Below the pieces are notes generated by a model. The model was given only the letters and a program-made list of their open reading frames with translations. It was not told the origin of the DNA and did not search any database. A stretch of 64,000 nucleotides of DNA from Convolutriloba macropyga. Its lineage: Eukaryota. Made by a program: the position numbers and the translations under genes. This document shows positions 58,100 to 64,000 of the stretch, in pieces (the first letter of the stretch is position 1; each line of letters begins with the position of its first letter). The DNA is taken from the NCBI RefSeq assembly GCF_964194025.1, contig NC_134474.1, positions 744,001-808,000 of the forward strand, written 5' to 3'.

Positions 58100-59141
58100 A
58101 GCATTCTACGTTTCAATATATGGACTCCTGTTATCTGAGTGTCTAATCTAACACCATGCCGATCGTAGTAACACGTGCGCCCACCCATCAGGTCGTAAAA
58201 AAAACATGTATATTTGCCCAGCCAGTTGTAATGGACAGCACGTACAATTGTCTCAAAGATATTACTGGCTGGATAAGCTTAAAATGTAGTTTTAATGCTC
58301 ATAGTGTTTTAAAGCTGTATATTTAGGAAGCTTCAGTCTAAAATAAGAGAACATCTTCTTGTCCATTACCTGTATTTAACCATAAAAAGACTGAAAAATG
58401 ACATAACCATAACACTGACCAGAGTAAAAATGCAGAAATGAAATAATATGATTCAGTTCAGACTTTCTCTAGGGTTTTTCATTCTCTTGATAATCCTGAT
58501 TCTGCTTAACAAATATATCCATTATTTTGTGTTCCTTTCTGTGTTAAAACTAATAAAGAAGAACGATGCGTAAATTTTTTTTGAATTTTCCATTTCGCCA
58601 GAAAAGAGGACCTAAAAATTTCTGAAAAGAATTATTTTTTCCACACTGCAGCTTGCATTTCTGAATCGATCAAATTTAAAACAAAAATTAATTAGAGACA
58701 ACTGTCTTTGAAAGAGAAACCACAGTTTTAAAATGAGAGTTTGACTGAGTTCAGATCTACAAAACAATTGACTTTCAGCAGTTTATCACTCCTATAATAG
58801 TAAAATTCAAGGAAAAGGATGCGCACAAATCGCAATTGATAGCTAAAATGGAGTAAGGGAATTTTTACGTATAAAAACATAATATAATACATATCTAGGA
58901 GGGCAATTTATCTTGTAAACTCATTTTCTGGAATTTCAGAAACTTCTATCCAAAGTTCGGATTTTTTTCTGCCTACCTCATGTTAACAACGTTATCGTAC
59001 GTTATAAACCCATTTTCCCTCCAAAAAATTACTTGGGTTGTTTCCCATCATAGCCCTCCACCCCTAAATTATGACATTATAGTATGTTTAACAAGATTGG
59101 GGTTATATTTTTAATTGATCGCTATAAGCTACCGCGCTAAA

Positions 59142-62100
59142 ATTGTCCGTGATGATTAAACCGCTATTAATGTCACTTTCGGATCAGTACCTCAAATTGT
59201 GCTAGGAAAGCCACAAGCAAGTACTCGACTTTGTGTAGTAGGAACGTCCTTTGGGAGTGAGTCTTTTATAAAAAGATATTTTTCACTGAAAGTTGCTTAA
59301 GATTTAAAACCCTGACTTTTTTGGCTTTTTTCACTTAGTCTTTACGCTTGAAAAGTTGTTTCAAATGCATATCCTCGTCGTTCTGTTAAGCAATAGCCTG
59401 CAGTGGGGCCCTGGCCAACATGAGCCAACTGAGCGCTCTCCTATCAGAAGCAAGCAACCGCTGATGATACTTCACAGGATGAACAAAATTTTTTTCAAGT
59501 TCAAAACAAACATAAGCGTTTTCGAAACCAAAACGAGAGGAATTCGATGTCAGAGCCAGTTAGACCAATAGTTATAACAGTCAATCCGAGACCAACTCAA
59601 GTGCAATTTGCCCGAGCTATGAAGACAAAATTCCCACAACTGAAAATACATTGAATTAGAGAATTGCCAAACTCATTCGATTTCTTTATCCAAAACAAAG
59701 CCTCCAGAGATAGTCTCATGTCAAGTACAAAACTGCAACAAGTATTCCTAAACGCTAAGGTGAACACAAAAAATACACTGCCAAAAGCCATGTCCAAACC
59801 AAGCTTTGTTATAGTCAATGTGTACCACAGCATCCAAAAAAAATGAGATAAAAGAGGAACTCTTGAGCAATAACGGAATGAGTGTAGTAAAAGTGTCAAG
59901 GATTATAAGCCGAGCAGGTGGCGAACCTACAAAATTTATCAGAGTAATAACAGATTCAACAAATCAAGTTTTGCAGCACAAAAGCACGGTGAAAAGATTG
60001 GTTGGCTGATCTACAGATGTGAACCAAGCAAAGAGCCACCACATGCTAAACAATGCTTCAAGTGTAAGAAATATGGACACTCTACCATTGAGTGCAAAAA
60101 CAAGAAAAAGCCAAGTGTGCAAATTGTGGTGGATGGTACGCATCTGTGTACAAAGGAAGCTCCTCCTATCAAAACGCAGTTGTTGGAGCGACAAAGAGAA
60201 AACAAGATATCAAGTACTCAGCAGTGGCAAAAAGACAAACAGAAATGTTACAACCAGATTCAAGTGTCTCAGCGATAAACATAAGTGTTCTGGTTGCCGA
60301 AGTACTCAGCTAAATCCGATCAACCTTCAATACAATGTCTTACAGAGATATAATCAATGTTGTCAGTATTAGTGCAAGCAGAATTTTTGGTGATAAAATA
60401 GAAGGTCAAAAATGCTAACAACAATTTCACGAATGTTCCGACGCAACATATTTCAACAAACAGCCATCAATTCAGCCAACATGGACTAATTTGAAAATAT
60501 GCAATGGAAATGCCGAGGCTTATCCACCAAAATATCAGAAATTCTCGTATTTCTGAAGGAAAGAGATATTATTTTTGTGTGCCTGAATGAAGCCAAGAGC
60601 TGGCAAAATGAAAATCTCACCGATGATAATTTCGTAGTAACAGAAACGAGAGCAGGTAAGTCACACGGCTTAATGATTTTTGCAAAGAAGGGAGCAACAA
60701 TAATAGAAGTTAAACGAGAGAAGTTTGATAGAAACGATCGAGGAAAAGTTTTTGAAATAATAAAAGCATGCTTTGAAGTACCTGTTTCAGGTCACCTCTG
60801 GGTCATAGCTCTTTACAACTCACCAGGTCGCGATTTGAATCTATGAGAATATTTTGAAACTGATATGAAGAACGTTTTTATCTGTGGAGATTTCACCGCT
60901 CCACATCAGGAGCTGAATTGCACATATAACACAGAGAACACTGATAAAATAATTGAAACCATTGAAACTGGAACTTCCAAGCTTTCAACTCTACGGTTAT
61001 CACACATATCAATCATATCAAGCAGAATGTCAGAATATGCTTGATCTACTTTTCGCTGATCAATTAGTCTTTAAGTTTTTTGACACATTTTATGTTTCCG
61101 ATGACTTTGGTAGTGACCACAGTTCAACCATTACTACCTTGAATATAGTAGCTCAAAGCATATTCGATTTGAAGGCAAAAATCTTTTTCAAAAATTTCAA
61201 ACATATTGTCAGACAACAATTTGGATACTATGCTCTATCCAACAGTCTATCCAAAAGCAGAAGAACTAATTCACCTAAATGAAGTACTTGTACAGATCAT
61301 TCTATCCTCGCTACAGAAATCGTATATCCTGCAAAAGATATTTCCCTTTAGATATGAAACTATTAAACTTATCCGTGAATAGAAGAAAAAAGAGAAGAGA
61401 GCTGAAAATAACAAACGGAGAACAGATCAAATTCCTGAAAGAGGAAATAAATTTCCTCCAAAAAGAAATAAAGAGGTCAATGAAACGATCGGAAAAAATT
61501 GAACAATCAAAATTGATTGCACGTGCTCAAAATCAGGGGAGCAAAGTTGAAAACGAGACCAAAACGTTTCTCCAATACGAAAATATTGAACCAAATAACT
61601 ACTGTATTATACAAGTAGACGATTATGATGAAATTTTGCACAAAACAAGAAGATCAAGTCCAGGACCAGATAAAATCAGCTATAACATCCTGAAAAAGTA
61701 AACTAAACTCCTCAAAGCATATATTTGTCTCCTGATAACTAGCTCAATAAACAATTCTTATGTTCCAACTAAATGGAAAGAGTCACAAGTCAAAATGTTA
61801 CCAAAGCTGAACAAAAACAAAAAAATTGCAGAAAATTACCAACCAATCAGCCTAACGAATTGCATTGCAAAAATTTGTGAAACAGCAGTAAAAAATATTG
61901 TCCTAGCGCACTGTGAAAACAATGATGGCGAAATGCAAAGTGCGTATAGAACGAATCGTTGCACAATTGATAATTTGCTCAAACTTACTCAGCACGTAAC
62001 AGAAGCATTTCAATGGTCCGAAACGATTGGATTTGTCTGCCTAAATATTTAAAATATTTTTGATGCAGTGTGGAGACTAGGACTTCAAAACAAACTGCTA

Positions 62101-63982
62101 CAAATTGATGTGCATAAACCTCTGATAAAATGGTTAACTCTTTTCTCTCTCAGAGAACATCTTCGTGAAATTTAATAACTCAAAAAGTGGCACATTTTCA
62201 ACACTAGCTGGGCTACCTCAGGGCAGCGTCCTTGTACCAATACTTCTCCTGGTTCATTTCAGCGGCATTCCTGAAATACCTGCACAAATTTCTCAATTTG
62301 CTGATGATTTTACCCTCTATTAAATCCTGTCTATTAAATCATGAGAAACTTCAGTATTCACTAGACAATTGATCAAATGGTGCGAAAAACTGACAATAAG
62401 AATAAATCCAGGCAAAACAAATTTTATGCTTTTCAAAAATTCATCAGAGAAAATTTCCAGTTTAGACCTTTTTATCAATGGCACACGAATTGAAGGCGCT
62501 AATTCTATCAAATTTATTGGCGTAAACCTTACCCTACATCTAAGGTGGAACGAACACTGCAAAAGTTTGGTGGCAAGGGCAAACAAAAGAATCTACCAAC
62601 TATGGTGGCTCAGTCAGATCAACATTGTTGAAGAGTGCTTACTGATCTTGTATAAATCTTGGGTTCGACCTCTATTTCTCTATGCGAATGCCTGCTTGAT
62701 TGACCAATCTAATTCAATTATCAACAACATAGAACTGACCCAAAGTAGAGCATTAAGAATTTTTATGAGGAAACCCCGCTGGTACAGTGTCAAAAAAACT
62801 CCATGAAGAGGCCAATATACATGCAGTAAGAGATTTTCAGATTAGATTAGCAAATGAGTACCTGAAACAGCCAAAAGAAAACAAGATCGAATCATTACTT
62901 AAACTCATCCAGAAAAAGAGACACTGTCCGAAAAAACAGTTATCAAATCACACTGGACCATCTGTCCTACAAATGTTCTGTACCAATTCCTATATCGGAG
63001 AAAAACCAGAACAGCCATCATCCAACGACGTATTATCAGCCACTTGTTTAGTTATTTCGGGGCAAAAGGCGAACAAACAACCTCCTAACCGAACAGCTAA
63101 GCCAGCCGCTCACCTAGTGAATTCGGGGTTCGGCTGTGAGAAATACAAGGACAACAACAGCAATTTACACAGCTTTTGTCTAGTGAACAATCTTAATTGA
63201 TTAACATCATTTTAAACCAAGAAAACGTTCCTATTTTTCACATTCACTTCACTGATATTTTCATCAAAGTTAATTTACGTTTATACAACTAATGACAACA
63301 TAAAGTGCTATGCGCGGTTTGGTTCAGTGGTATTAAGGTTGAGGTTAGCATAGCACTTTTAGCTGCTTCTTATTATTCCGTCTGTATTTCACTTTATTCT
63401 TCAAAACGCTTTAATTTTGACGTTGAAGACAAGCTATTAAATGTTGCAACTACACTTTTTCTTACCTTACCTCAATTTGTTTTAACGCGTCTAGCACTTG
63501 CCTTCGTTAACAAAATCTCACTTTTTACGACTAGCGCAGCCCTCTAGTTGTTTGATCAATTGAGGCGCAGTAATTCAATCCCCAACGCGAGCGCAGCCCT
63601 ATTTTTATTTGTTTATTTTTTTAACTACTCTTCACACTCTCAATATTTATTACTTCTTGAATAAGTAATCTTATTAAACTACATTTTTACTTTGAATAAA
63701 AAATTATTGATATCATACCACGCATAGAAAAACGACGAACTAATCAACTTCTACGAGACTAGCCAAGAACACCAAGAAAAAGAGTAAAAGCCAGCAGAGC
63801 CAGCAGAAGCCCTTCCCGGCGCTTGAAATGGTTCCCAGCAACAAGAGCAATCAATTGGTTTTAAAGGAAAACAACTCTGTAAAAACAGTAACCTAAAATT
63901 ATCTTTCAGAAATTTTGAACTTTCTGTTTTACTTTTTGATGCCTTTTTAAATTGATTGAACTTGATTGCACATACATTAATA
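59142..63982 (+). mobile_element. Near full-length, decayed Jockey/I-group LINE (ORF1 with CCHC knuckles; ORF2 APE-RT)
   Basis: ORF1 (~59420-60480) has QCFKCKKYGH..C and KCANCGG knuckles. ORF2 (~60481-62990) has QWKCRGL, LNE, YNSP, GDF, SDH, SPGPD, YQPISL, GLPQGS and QFADD, with many frameshifts. Bounded by the direct repeat ATAAGCTACCGCGCTAAA at 59124-59141 and 63983-64000; TAATAATAA-like tail. Confidence 0.9.
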
Positions 63983-64000
63983 ATAAGCTACCGCGCTAAA

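Noticed and set aside
59142-59420. Self-cleaving ribozyme in the LINE 5' UTR
   Set aside because: Could not fit HDV or hammerhead cores by eye; would need an Infernal search.

Overview
AT-rich, repeat-dense animal (invertebrate-type) genomic DNA with a 200-N assembly gap at 24135-24334. The backbone is a large multi-exon + strand gene (about 15 exons seen, 5600-54444, 5' end not found). Its C-terminal coiled coil and terminal 'ELSRAFVYSYF' motif resemble KIAA2012/DUF4670. Its N-terminal part is an array of small symmetric (phase 1-1) exons, each encoding one D-P-x-T-G-K repeat, and a 14-nt microexon is needed to keep frame. One intron holds an antisense type-B carboxylesterase gene (12730-18798) with an atypical GFSVG nucleophile elbow and a duplicated splice acceptor. 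That gene carries a decayed LINE in one of its own introns. Mobile elements include: a Mag-like Ty3/Gypsy element with near-identical 420-bp LTRs but a ruined interior, whose empty site is visible in an adjacent duplicate; a near full-length Jockey/I-like LINE; two families of non-autonomous Helentron-like (HINE/DINE-1-type) elements; several MITEs; an LTR fragment; an inverted triplication; and a perfect 64-nt hairpin. All calls come from manual reading; no database searches were run.
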